A DNA stretch of 64,000 nucleotides from Phoronis australis (lineage: Eukaryota > Animalia > Phoronida), in assembly GCA_002633005.1 (NCBI GenBank), contig NMRA01000676.1:1-64000 (forward strand), read 5' to 3'. The notes under the pieces were generated by a model. The model did not search any database. It was not told the origin of the DNA and was given only the letters and a program-made list of their open reading frames with translations. Both the position numbers and the translations under genes were made by a program. Positions 13,412-27,500 of this stretch are shown here, piece by piece (within the stretch, counting starts at the first letter, position 1; the number at the start of each line of letters is the position of its first letter).

Positions 13412-16400
13412 ATGAGGTCGATGTATATGAGTACTTATAATATTCCTTCACTCCTTGGAATTAGAAAAACGATTTTCTCTTTGTTTTTTCTGTCTTCTCT
13501 TATTGTGACGTCTCAAGAATGGAGTAATGAAGGGGCATATTTCCGAAAACAATTACATACCAGAGCAACGGGTGACATAGCCGGAGTTTCAACGTGTGGT
13601 TTAAAACAATGTTTGAAACATTGCTTGCGGGAGCGCCAGGTAAACCAAGTGAACTGCGGAGGGGTTAATTATTACCCTAATAACAGCACTTGCCAGATAA
13701 CCCAGCAGCTTGGTTCGACACAGGAAAATGCCCCGGAATGGCAATACTGGACCGTGACACAACCGCTAGGTAATTGATAACTAAGTGCCTAAATTGCGGC
13801 GTAAATTGAAACTTTTTTGTGTGTCTCAAACTGAAAATGCGTAGATTGATGCGCGCAATAAACGTAACGCTACTTTCTTTAGTCAGACGACTGAATAGGT
13901 CGTTGCGTCACGTACTACGTGTAGAGTAAATCACTAGGGCGATCTTGTGTAACAAGCAACAAACTGAATAAACTGCCTTGGACATAATCAAACAAAGTTA
14001 CACCATAAATATTACTTTCTTTCAATGTGGGAATTTTACGGCGTACGCCCTCACTAATTTACTGTCGACCGTATCTCAGTTTTTTTTACTAAGATTAGAG
14101 TTAAAATTCTCAATTCGTTAGCGTTTTGTTTATTCCTTCCTCCATTGGAAGAAATGTAGAATTTGTTTTTCCGCTTGTGAAATGTTTATTATTTTTCACA
14201 CTTGCCACCGACCTGATTTAATGCATTACCAATTGTTATTTGAACATAATTTGAACATAAGGTGAACAACAAAGTACTATCAGCTTAACATCCTGAAATA
14301 TCAGAGTAAACCTTACAATATTGTTGTTTTTCTACAGAGGAGTATGCGGTTGTGACGGTTGATAATATCAGATGGCGTAAATTTTGGTGGTTCAACGCTG
14401 GAACACCTTGGCCACAAGGTGTCAGTGATGTTCTTAAAGGTAAGCTATTGTTAAACAGTAAGTTTTTCTTCCCTTAAAGATTGTGGCAAAAATAGGTTTG
14501 CATGAAAACAGTTATAAATCGATTGTTGATGGAAGGCTAAAGACTGAAAAACACAGTTCGTCAAAATCGAACCCAATGTCAGTGCCAAGAGTTCGCTCAA
14601 AATGTATAAGCCATAAACCAAAACTGTACGTGCTCATAAAACGGCAGCACAAACAACAAAACACGCAATCTGAGCACACTTCCTGGTTTAACGACAGGTA
14701 AACAGGAAAAGAAAGCAATAAGCGAGGCAACTCGTACCTCCTGGCAGGCGTGGCTGAAATGAAATGTTCAAAGAAATGAATTCGAAAGAACGCGATTAAA
14801 GTTCATGAGAAACTGTTGCAGTTCACTAGAAAAGAACTGAGTTAATGCTAAAGGTGTGCTCCAAATCGAATGATGTCATAACGGTACAGAAGGAAGACGA
14901 TTTTCTATGTAGTGTAGTAGTTTATCTTTTACAGACGAATATCTGTCGTGTGATTCTAAGGCTGACCACTGCTTTGGGCGTCTGCCCTCCGATCTATTGG
15001 AAGACGACAGCCAACTGCTCGCTGAAGACTCTGATGGAAATATCTACAAGTAGGCTCAAGTGTTTAAAAAGAAGCACAAAAAATAAGAGGCAAGCGAATA
15101 TCGAGGTGCCTTTCAGTTCGAAGGAAGCTAAATGTCATGTTTAGACGCACCGACGAATTTGAATTTTATGCCTATGCCGCTTCTTCATCATTTTTGTTTT
15201 TGTTGGCTAAATTTTGACAGTTAAAACCATTTGTTTCAGAAATGTCGACATCAATTGAAAGCTCTCATAAATCATGACATTAGTGCTTTTGATTTCAAAC
15301 TCGCTTGTTTTGTAATTTTGATGCTTTGTCGTTCACCACGACGGGAGAAACTGTATCGAATTCACCTCTACAGTGACCTAGTTGGAGTGGTATGCTCATG
15401 GTGCACGCTGGCAACCACGCTGGCAACAGTGGATGTCGCGGGAATGCCCGCATTGTATTCAACATTGTATGTGCGAGCATGAGACATTAAGTACAAAAAT
15501 GCATTTTTCTGACGTGAAATTCATTTTGGGTCTGTTGTACCTAGGTGGTCATTCAGTTCCTCTAACAGCGTGGCGCATGCTGCCTGGTTAGCCTTACACG
15601 ACCATCAGACGGTCAACGTTATGCATGGAAACCAATGGGCGCCCGTGGTTGTCCAGGGTAAGTAAAATGCAAGGGAAGAATTGATAAAATTCTTTTAATT
15701 AATATACGTACCTGAAGTGTCATTTTATTGAAGCTACAATTTTTAAACCACGGTTATTTTTGGGAATAAACGGTGATGGGGGATGATGTTTACGGTAGGT
15801 GGCTTCAGACTGTCTGGCATTGTAAGCACGCACAGTTCTGTGATCATCAAAAACCTACTGCTGACGAAAAACACGTGAAGACGTTTATCTCCAAGTTGCA
15901 GAGGTATATTCAGTGAACGCGAGCTGACTCGGCTGAGTGTCTCGACACCCTGACTTCGTTGTTCATACCATACCTCTTGAAAATTGATTATTGGCCCGAG
16001 AATGTCATGTTTGCTTGGCGTTCTTTGGCCTCGTTAACTTTTCACGCGTTGCCGTGAATGCCTCTTTGAATAGGACCATCGATCTCAAATATCATCGATT
16101 TTTCTCTCGGTGTTCCCAGGTGTTTACACATGGATTGTAATACAGAGGTGAGTTTCTCTCAAACTGTGAGAAATGAGGCAATTAAGAAATAAATGTCGCA
16201 CCCAATTCGGCTGAATATTATCTGTTTTAAAACAAGTTTAATTTCCTAAATTTATTTTGTAAAATAGGTAAACAAACACCCTGATTTTTATTGTGTTTGG
16301 TTTATACACATTTTCTTGGTTCTTCTTCGTTCAAGTTACCACACTCTCTCCAGAGTATTCTAATCTGAATGTTTGTTTCGTTAAAAAACATTGCTTTAGC

Positions 16401-17428
16401 TAAAAGAGCACACATTATATGCCTCGTGGCACGTGCACTAACTAGTCTATAATCTCCAGTAAAGGTGTTCAAAGACAACTGCTTCTTGACCTAGCAACAA
16501 CAGAAATCTTTCCACCTTAGTGGTGCATGAACGCCTATATATTTCGATCTTCCAGGTACCGGTCCAGCGAGGACCCAAGATAGCATTCAATACAGAGTCG
16601 AGCACGGTGTCCTCTCCTTTATGTTGGATGATGACGGATGTGACTGTTACAGCACGCTAAGTATGGGTCACGGCATGTGTGGCAGTACGTTTGACACCAG
16701 CTACGGACCGGAATATGTGTTCGGTGTAGATCTATTGGACGACGCTGGGTGCCAGACACCCGGACCTAGTAACGGCCTTACGCTCTACTTCAGAGGTATT
16801 CGCCTTGTCGTCAATATCGTTGTAATCTCGTCACAAGAGTTAATAACCATCGCCCATACATCATCACCCCTGTTACAGGCTGAATTTGCCAAATAGTTCG
16901 TACTTGAAGAGATTATACATAGCCGAGTTCCGTCGAAGAAGTTTTCAGTTAAGATCGTTTACGGCAATGAAACTGCTCTTAACTTGGCTCCTCTTGAGGT
17001 AAGAAGTGATTTCAGAGCTCGAAAAGAACCGACAGTTTTTATTCCTTTATTTCAACCCGATGCTCGGCAAATGCCGACACACTCTGACAAGCAAACTAGT
17101 AAAACCTGCTCTCAAAGAATAACGAACTGTCAACCCCTTCGAAGTCCTGAAATCACCTTTAATTTGAGCAAGAAACAATTTGAGACCTATTCCATAACGG
17201 TAAGTGGGATAAACGTTGCTTAGAGATGGAAGGCAGGTCTGTGACCACATTACTTTGTTTTTGTACTGTTTGTAATAAAGTTTTGTGTTGCTCAAGCATT
17301 GCTACAACTATGCATCGGTTGACGTTTCTTGAAATTTATTCCTTTCAGATGACGACGACTGCAGTAACGTTTCTTGCCCAGAAGGACTGAAATGCTATGA
17401 CGGAATCAATGCTTACACGTGCAAATAA
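13412..17428 (+). CDS. Secreted protein: signal peptide + PAN/apple domain + uncharacterised Cys/Trp-rich domain + truncated EGF-like tail (6 exons, 335 aa)
   Basis: Phase-consistent GT-AG exons 13412-13769, 14338-14439, 14935-15049, 15545-15657, 16556-16795, 17349-17428 (1008 nt, open to TAA). Exon 1 has hydrophobic IFSLFFLSSLIVTS and the PAN pattern C..C...C..NCGGVNY....TC....W.YW. The last exon is DDDDCSNVSCPEGLKCYDGINAYTCK*. TATA-like tatatataa at ~13378. Confidence 0.85.
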
Positions 17429-17738
17429 CGACTCCTAATCCCACACCTGCAAGAGCCAGGATACTGAGATAGCTGACACTCGACTTAGACGAAAGGGCAA
17501 TTTTTCGAAGATATCAAACTCTTTACTCACTCCTGACAAAAAACGGCATATTTTAAAAATACAGTCATCAAGCTATTATTCATTGCTGATGCAAAAATTA
17601 TAAACCAAAGCACTTCTAAAAACTCGCACAGTGTTTTTATTGATAATATATGTAACCTTTTGACAAGTTTGTTTTTGTTGTTCTAGTAGGCAATATACCG
17701 GAGAAGGGCCTAAACTGTGAACTCTAGCGTAAACTATG

Positions 17739-17925
17739 AAAATAGTCAATTTGTTTGTATCTTAAGGTTGCACTGGACCTTCTATGAAATAATCAATTTG
17801 TTTGTGTCATAAAGTTGCACTACGAGACCTGCAAACAAATAGTCAATTTGTTTGTGTCATAAGGTTGAACTGGACCTTCTAACAAATAGTCAATTTGTCA
17901 TTAAGTTGCACTGGACCTGCTAAAA
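17739..17925. repeat. Degenerate tandem repeat, ~47-50 bp x4
   Basis: Unit aaatagtcaatttgtttgtgtcataaggttgcactggacct... repeated four times between the 3' ends of two convergent genes. Confidence 0.8.
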
Positions 17926-18585
17926 AATAAATCGTGTTTCCAGTTAACAATAACTTTATTTTTCGTTGAGACAGAAAATTTGAGCACATTTAACTTTTTG
18001 TGTGGAGTATTTCCCTAGGATAAACCAGTTGTGACAACTCGAACTATCAGAGTTTTGAACCAGAGAACCAGCATGATAAAATCACACAACATTTTACAAT
18101 TACAAACAAATTAACAAACAATGCACAACACAGATGTGAAGTAAAGCTAATCATAGCAAAATGACCAAAACTTGATGATAAACTTGCATGAAAAACGGCC
18201 AATGATGGTGACTTAGGGAAACTCGAAATAACCTGTAGTTTTCTAGTATCTACTTAGCTTTTATGCAAATAGTGGCTAAACCCATGATATCACAGCCAGA
18301 AAAATGAAAATAAAACATAACATTTTTGAGCAAATCATTACAGATAAAGACAGTGCCAAAAGCCCTCCACAAGCCCATTATAACAAAAAACACGAGTTAT
18401 TGGGAGCAAAAGAGTATTGTGGACCCTTATATCACACTTTGAAAATAAAAATGTCTTGCATAGAGTAGATAATTAAATAATGTAGACCTACGAAACTTGA
18501 TATTTTGAAGCGAACTTTTAAACAAGTACATTACGTAACATGAGGACGATACTCAAGATTAGCCTCGTTCATTCAAGCTAACTTT

Positions 18586-21500
18586 TTAACATGTAGATTG
18601 CGGATCATGTGGTTGATACTCCAGATTAACATCAGAGAAGTGCACGTTTGGATGCAATGACTTAGAATGCACTGAGCTCGGCACATTGCCGTCATTGACG
18701 CCATCATGGGACATCACTCTGAGTTGCTCCTCATCAATGACACGTGACTGCAGTCTCTTAGGCGGCAATGGTTTTTCGACAGTTGGATAGCGGCCAGGGA
18801 CGTGATACCACGCTGCTTTGTGATGAGCTGGCTTGCTAATGTTTTGCGGAGACCGTTTCACGCCAAGCAGGCTCTTTATATTCATGTTGGGGCCAAAGGT
18901 CACACGAGAACTACCCACACAGACGTCAAAGGGCCCAGGTGAGTGACACGCTGCCTTGTGATGAGTACCTGGAATGAACTTGAACACTTGTTTCTCTGCC
19001 AACGAGGGGCGTCGCGTAGCTTGAATGGAGGCAAACAGATTGGCCTTGTAGAACTTCTCAATGTTCGTGTGCCGAGGTAATACGTGATCTAGCAGCTGAA
19101 AATGATGACTGCTCAGTCCATGGGCCTGGGATGAGACTGGAGGAGGCAACAGGACAGACTGCCTGTTGGTCTTATCCTCTGAGTCATTCACTTCACTCTG
19201 CAGGTATTCATCCTGCGCAGACACCATGTGGTATTTCTCTCGTCCGAGGCTTCTTTGCACACCCGTCTTTGGCAGCATTGATGTGCGATTGATTGCCTGC
19301 CGATATTTGGCCTGCGACATGCACGCTGACCGCGTTACAGACCGCCGTTCAAAGCAAATGGATGACGGCACTGACTTGCGTGTACTCACCACTGAGAACC
19401 GTGAAGCATACGCACACGCAGCGAGATTGTGAGCGGTCTGCTTAGGAGAAAGGAGAGTCATGGAGCTCCCAGCCATCTGTGCCAATTCACGGTCATGATA
19501 AGTCATTGCACTAACCGGTCGTTCTGTAGTGCGTGTGTCCTTAGGCTTGGCTGGTCCATACACATACTCTCCTAACTGGATGTTCTTCCTCAGCCAATAG
19601 AAGTACAAGCTGGCATCTTTTGTTGCCTGGTGGTTGGGTCCTGCAGGCAAAACATAAGAGAAATTGCTAGTTAGTCAAGTTGACTTGTCAATCACTTCAA
19701 AGACACACCCACCAATTAAGCAGACACAGTATGAGAGGGTGTGACATATAGCGACACTTTAGGAATAGGCTGAGAGAAACATTATGATAATCTTAATTTA
19801 CTTTTAGTAATTCCATGAAAACCAAGATTGAATGACGCTCGGGCCTTGGCGGAAACAGTACGGACCAGCATGACAAGCGGCAGTCTTGACAAGATATATG
19901 TCACCTTCCATATTATCATACACAAGATATGTCACCTTCCATATTATCATTCACAAGATATGTCACCTTCCATATTATCATACACAAGATATGTCACCTT
20001 CCATATTACCATTCACAAGATATGTCACCTTCCATATTATCCTACACAAGATATGTCACCTTCCATATTATCATTCACAAGATATGTCACCTTCCATATT
20101 ATCATTCACAAGATATGTCACCTTCCATATTATCATACACAAGATATGTCACCTTCCATATTATCATTCACAAGATATGTCACCTTCCATATTATCATTC
20201 ACAAGATATGTCACCTTCCATATTATCATTCACAAGATATGTCACCTTCCATATTATCATACACAAGATATGTCACCTTCCATATTATCATTCACAAGAT
20301 ATGTCACCTTCCATATTATCATTCACAAGATATGTCACCTTCCATATTATCATTCACAAGATATGTCACCTTCCATATTATCATTCACAAGATATGTCAC
20401 CTTCCATATTATCATACACAAGATATGTCACCTTCCATATTATCATTCACAAGATATGTCACCTTCCATATTATCATTCACAAGATATGTCACCTTCCAT
20501 ATTATCATTCACAAGATATGTCACCTTCCATATTATCATTCACAAGATATGTCACCTTCCATATTATCATACACAAGATATGTCACCTTCCATATTATCA
20601 TACACAAGATATGTCACCTTCCATATTATCATTCACAAGATATGCCACCTTCAATACTATCGTACAAAAGATACATCACCTCCTACACTATCGTACACAA
20701 GATCTGTCACCTTCTATCATTGCACACAAAATATTACACTTGGGCTGAGCTGATACCAGAAAGGTGAGAGCAGAATATTCAACAAGAACCATCCTTCTCC
20801 CACGATCGTAACCACCTCTTACAAAAACCAATCAGACGCTTGAAAGCAATGCATGTTTTTGTGAACAATAAATTAAAAATCTGAAATGAGGGCAACCCCT
20901 TCTAAGAGAGCACAACATTCTAGGATGGCCCTGCATAGACTTAAAATTATTTTTGAAGACTTTGGTATTCAAGCAGTAAATTAAACACATTGATGTAGAG
21001 ATTTTTAAGCTCAGTGTTCAAACAAATCAGTAGAAATGACATAAAATTTCAACAGAGAAATTTATCTACAGTTTATTTAGTAACTAATCCTATGACAAAG
21101 ACATGGTTTAATTTCCAATTTAGATTAAATGTCAAAATATTAATTTAAACAAGAACATTAACTTAATTAGTGGGGCAAATTCACCGGTCAGACAATGAAG
21201 GTAAAATTTGTCCCTCATGTGCCTAGAATAAACTACTCATACAACGCAGATCTAAACAAAAGTCCATCAAGCCCAAGTCCAAATCAATACAGTCTGAGGT
21301 ATTATATATTATTAAATAACACTCGAGGGTAAATTTGTTGACTGTTCTCTATTTTATCAGGATCATCTTGCATAGAATATAAAAGCAAATTATCTAAAGA
21401 CTGACATTGTTCTCAATATGGTTACCACAAGTCAAAACACTATTAACATTTTATGTTCATTGGGAATATGGATGTGATGATAGAAACATTCTTAAACAGC

Positions 21501-24500
21501 AGTGCAATTTCTCCGATTTCGGACAAAAATTATTGCCAAAATTGAACTTTTTAATTTTTAAAGGCTTCTAACATTGTTGCAAATGCACAGTATTTCAGAT
21601 TGCTATGTCTGTTAGTACAAATTATCCTTTATGAAAAAATGTCATTTTAGTTGTCCACCATATTCTGTGATAGGCTAGATTTTCCTATGCAAGGTAAATG
21701 CATTTGTTTATTAAACAAGAATCAAAATGTCTTATTTTTTTAAAGTTCATGCCATTCTGATAAAATTGCGACATTTATTTCCAAACCCATTTCCAACACT
21801 ATTAAATGAATGATGTTAATTTCCAGAATTTCCTCACTTTTTGATGTCGTATGTAACTTCAATGCATAGCATTTTACACTAGAGTCTCGCATATTAAGGA
21901 CACAATATAGAGGACAAGTGAAATTTACTATTTTCTATTTTTCATAAAAGGACAAGCAATACAAAATGAAGACAGTATTAGACCTTTAATTTATAAATCA
22001 GAGCTGCCATTAGACAATGTTTTGATGGCTATTCACCAAAATGTTAGAAGCCATTTAAAAATGGAAACCAACCAATATTGGCCATTATTTTTGTCGAGAT
22101 TTTATAGCTAATATCAAAGCTTTATGGACAAGACTCCATTAAACCAACTATCTGCACAACTGTAGGTTTAAACACAGAGAAAAAGTTATGTTCTGAAAGT
22201 AGAAAGCTTGAACAATTTGATTTGTAACTTTTTACCAATCTGCCATTGAATGCGTTACGTGATCGTGTCTTTCAGTAAAATTCAGGAAAAAAGAAACATT
22301 TTGGTAGAAAAATAACACAATCAATAACATGATCAAATTTTATTTGTTATAAATGTTCGAGGTGAGTCTCAGAAATGCTCTAAAATATCACTTTGTTTCG
22401 GTTTTATGAAATTTTAGATCTCTTTCACGAAAACTATACAAGTCCTATTTTGATAGCCTCTCATGAAAAAGTGAAACATTTTGGAAACAATTCCAAAGAG
22501 TTTGGAGAAGACAGTGCACAAAACATAGTCCCTGAAAGCTTCATATGAATATTGTCAGCCCTTTCTGACATATGATGTTCCAAAGTCAACCACATTTGGA
22601 CATTTTTCCATGGATCCATTTAACCTCAATCGCTCTCATATAGTATTGGTTTCTATCATTTATTGTACAACTGCAACACTACATAGACGACTCACCAAGC
22701 TGAACTCTGAATATATCTGTTGCCCGCTTAAAACACTCAACTCCTTCACGTTTAACTGTCTTGGTGTCTTCGTCCTTTAAAAGCCTCCCTAAAAACAAAT
22801 TGGAAAACACTAATATCATCAAAGTAAAAAAAGGCAAATGTGTACACTTGCAACACTGGGGGGGGGGGGNTATCAGCAAAATTACACCAGTATACGCATC
22901 AGGACAAATCAATACTTTTTGCCTCTTTTAGTTTTAGTCTGGAAGACAATTTAAGGTATTGATTTCGATTTCTGGTTCCAAATGTGATGTAACTAGTATT
23001 CAAACATTGTCCATCTCAAATGGAAAGCAAAAGGTCATGATAATCATGTAGATTACACAGGTCAGATTTATCATGTCAATTACACAGGTCAGATTTATCA
23101 TGTCAATTACACATTAAGTCAATTCAGCACACAACTGCTTTCTTTGTTCTGCAACAGAACAAGAGCGGTCCAGCAAGATTTACACATTAACTAATTGTTC
23201 TTTGAAATTACAAATATCTAACTCTGATAGAATCAGCAGAGGCCTGGTATCACAAGTACAATGATAGGACCACGGCTCCTGGTGTTTCAGTTGGTGCCTC
23301 CCAGCTGATTTTACAGCTGTTGCTATAGCACAATACTACAACTGCCATGCCCTCAAGTGTTATACCAGGTGAGACAAGATATAGCACAGGTGGTGCAATT
23401 TAAGCAAATGCGAGGACAAAATGAAGGGAACAAAAATAAAATAAAGAATTACAACTGCAGTATTATCCACAAAGTCAAATGAAATGATTTCGTTTCAGAT
23501 TGTTTCACAAACTTTAAAAAAATGGTGCAGTTGGTAGTGACGTTTGCCTAATAATGGCATCCCTGAGACTGATGGGTTTTCAGAACCGTAGCCTTCAAAA
23601 ATCAAGAGTACAGTAGTATTTGCACAAAACGCCCCAAAAAGTCGACAATTAAAGAACTGACTTTAAAAATCTGAGACACGGTTCCCTAGAAAATGCCGTT
23701 ATTAACATATTGATGAAAGACTAAGTATGATTGGAAGAACAATATTTTTGAAATCTCAGTCCAAAGTCAAAAAAAATTTGACAAGTAAGTAAGAATAATA
23801 TACTTTGTCAGGAAAACTATTCACCTTTCAGAAAATATACACTTTGTAGGGGCAAGATCTAACAGAATTTAAGATATTTGCACAACGTACAACCTGGTAA
23901 ACAAGGTTCACAGTTATCGGAATTTCATCTTCATGCCTAATTATTTTTTGTTTTTGTCAATATTAGTCACCTGTACACTATGGCTCACTCAGTAATTACT
24001 TATTACACCTGTTAAGACCTGGTACAACAACTTACCCAATGCAAGCAGTGTCAGTCCCACCTTCAAGTGCTCTTTTCCTAACATCTTCTCACGGATATTC
24101 AGTGTCTTTCTGTAAAGTTTCTCAGCGAGCTGTTTGTTAAAGCTGAAAAGACAAATGCTTTCATATATAAGTTATTTGTTGAGACTAAATTCATTGTCGT
24201 CAACGTTATTTATATTCTATTGATTCGTGTGGCTAAAAACCTAAATTGTATATTAGTCGTTGTTTAAACCAAAACTTCTGGACATTTTTAATTAATTTGT
24301 TAAAGAGAAATTTCTCCATTACCCGTTACCTAAACACAATTTATTAACAAAGTGCAATGAGACAAAATATGTTCCAAACTTTTCCATATTCACAGACCTC
24401 CCAGAGCATCAGCAAGCAGAGCAGAGCATTCAAAGACATCTAGTTTGACAAGATTGGCCAACACGTCCAAAATCTGCCTCCTTCATGTCAACAGTTAGTG

Positions 24501-27500
24501 ATCACCCAGTTCTTTTTCATAGTAAAAACAACAGACTTGAGTTGCATGCAAAATGCTCCTCTTTTTACAAATAGACTCACCCCTTGGTGTTGCTGGGATT
24601 GTTAAGAACGTTGGCTAGTTCCATCGTAGTCTCTGCTACAATAGGGTGTTCCTTGCCATACCACTGTTGACGCACATTGATTGATTGACGAAAGCATGTT
24701 TCAGCCTTGCTGTAGTCTTCCTCTTTCACCCTGAAAGTTATAATTTACTGAATAAAACAACAAGTTGATTACCAAGTCCAAAAACAGTTTTCAGAATAAA
24801 ATACCACTGGTCTCCATTTATAACCAAGTCCAAAACAATTCTCTAAAAAAACAACAGAGCAGAATGTTGAAGATATTTGGTTGAATTCCCACTTGCATCT
24901 GTTGACAGATGGAGAAATGCAGGGAAGAGATTCATCCGCTGTACATTAGACACTTGTATGCGAATGGTTATGATTTCAGTATTGACAATGTTGAAATTTA
25001 GCGACAGGAACTGGTTTGAAAGAAGCCTCATCAAGGCCAGCTTCATAGAATCCAGTACTCAACAGACACAAGGTGGCAAGTTTGCTCTGTCTACTGCTTG
25101 GAGCGCTATCATTGATCATTTCATTCAACAGCACAGCACTCTAAGCTCCACCTGCTACATAATTCCACCCATCCCTAAAAAGGGAGTTGGACGCTCACGT
25201 GCTCTTAGTACCATAGTCTAGTTGGACAGATTTAATTTCTCTTTGATTATTAACTTTACTAGCCAAAGACTTGCATTTATTTTCAGAAACAAAATCTATA
25301 CAACAATGATCAAGATGTAATTGTCAACCATTGTTATCAGCGCAGATTTACATGCACTGCAAAAAAATGAACACGACACCATCTTCCCAAGTACCCAAAC
25401 AAAAGAATGTAGCAGTTCTTTTTGTGTTAAAGTGTAATTCACATGCAAATATGACTCATGTCACAGGCACCTTTGACCCTAAACCTTCACAAAGGAGATT
25501 AATACCAAATTACTTCCTAATTTCTACACACAGTATCTGTATAGTTATACAACCAGGGCTCGTTAGTAAGTTAGAATACATGGGTACACAGTAGCAAATA
25601 CACACACAAGTTATGCATAGGCGGATTTAGGGTAGGCCATTGGGTCCAGGCCTTCCAATGGACATGACCAAAAGCAACCAATGATATGCCATTTTAAAAA
25701 GGTGACATGGACATTTTTTCTTCAAAAATTGTGGTTGCCACCCTGTCTCCCCCTTATCACATCCTAGATCCGCCTGTGTTATGACCAACAGGGGGCATGA
25801 CTGATGTGTCTTTAAAACAGCATTACAACCACCTGACCAGTTAAGTGGCATGTTAAAGGACACCATCTTGGTTTTGGTGGACGTTTAAATTCCTTGTAAC
25901 CGGTTAATATCACTTACTTAATAACAACGTTTAACTAGTCAGCTTCTGTAAAACAACCAGATGTACGCAGAGAACATTGCATTTTTGTTAAAGTCAGGCA
26001 AAGTATGATTTTTGAAACCTTCTGCCATCTTCTAGAATGCACTCTTAAATGTACATGACTATAATGAGGACAGCGTGGAGTTCATAATGGTAGCTTAACT
26101 GATAGGTTTGACGCTCCAAATCTGATTCATTCAGAGATGCTTTATGCCGTTTAGTTGGCTAAAAGCTTAAAAAACTAAATAAATTTTGCTTAGAGTAATC
26201 TGAAAATGTTCTTTAGGGTTCTATCTCCGTAACTACAGGTAACTCAAGTCACAGACAATTGCATACATGCGCCATTTTGAAATTTACATCTTTAGGGTAG
26301 CAAAACCCTTATTCTAGTTAAAGGATTTTCTTGAGTCACTAATGATTTGATGGTTGGTAACAGAAATAGAATCCTACCAAGGAATAAAAAACTTTTTGAT
26401 TTTTATTTTTAGCCAGCTTCACAAAGTGAAATTCAGCATTCTGTGACATCCAGAGACATCTTTTGACAAAACCTAAAAGATCTTAAAAGAAAATAGTACT
26501 GGCTTTCATGACTGCTTAAAAATGATTTTCAAAATTAAAGTAGGAGTCACTTGTTCACTGTATTAAACCATTGCAAAAAAGTTTTTGTACAAATGAAACA
26601 ACTATTTAAGGGACAGGGCAAGTAAAATGAGCAGAGGATACAAAGTAAAACATAATGATAACTGCACATATATCTAATAAACAGTTCATTCTACTATAAT
26701 ACAAGCAATAACGATTCTTTAAAGCTGCCATCAACCGGAGTCCCATCAAAAAATTAACACACTTCCATTCAAGGTCATATTACTAACTGCTTATAAAACT
26801 AATATCAAATATTTTCTATATCAAATTTTTTCTCAGATGAGGAGTAGTGGTTTCTAGTCTTGGAAGGAAATGCCAGTTCATCATTATATGAGATCATGTT
26901 CAGCCCATAAAACGACCCCAGTGACTATTCAACCTGTAAGGTACGTATGGTCTCAAACAATAACAAAATGTCAGCTTTTTCCAAATCCATCAATCAGTTC
27001 TAATTTGATGACAATTTGAGACCAATTTCATGATTGAAACTAGCCTAAATCTAAAATAACTTTTTGTTACCAAAGGCAATTTAATAGTTATCTTTATCTA
27101 AAGAGACACTTTTGGGCATTGCATAAAATTTTAAATGATTTCTTAATGTCAAACAAATGCTCGTCTACATGATAAGGAGAAGTGCAAGGAAGTGATGACA
27201 TGGCATCCAGCAAACATGCTACAAAGACACGCTGAAGGCTTCACTGAACGAGAGCAATCTAGATCCTGAGTAATCAGAAACAGACTGTAAACGCCAACAA
27301 GGTGCCAGAGAGTATGAGAACTGCCATATCACTATGCCACCAAGGTGCCAGGGCCGGAGTATGAGAGCTGCCATATCACTGCGCCACCAAGAAGCCAGGG
27401 AGTATGAGAGCTGCCATATCACTGCGCCACCAAGAAGCCAGGGAGTATGAGAGCTGCCATATCACTCTGCCCACAATTAAGGTGCCAGGGAGTATGAGAG

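Noticed and set aside
19828-20767. Three overlapping ~300-aa ORFs / CRISPR-like array
   Set aside because: Pure 31-bp tandem repeat with no unique spacers and no cas genes; the ORFs follow from a stop-free unit.
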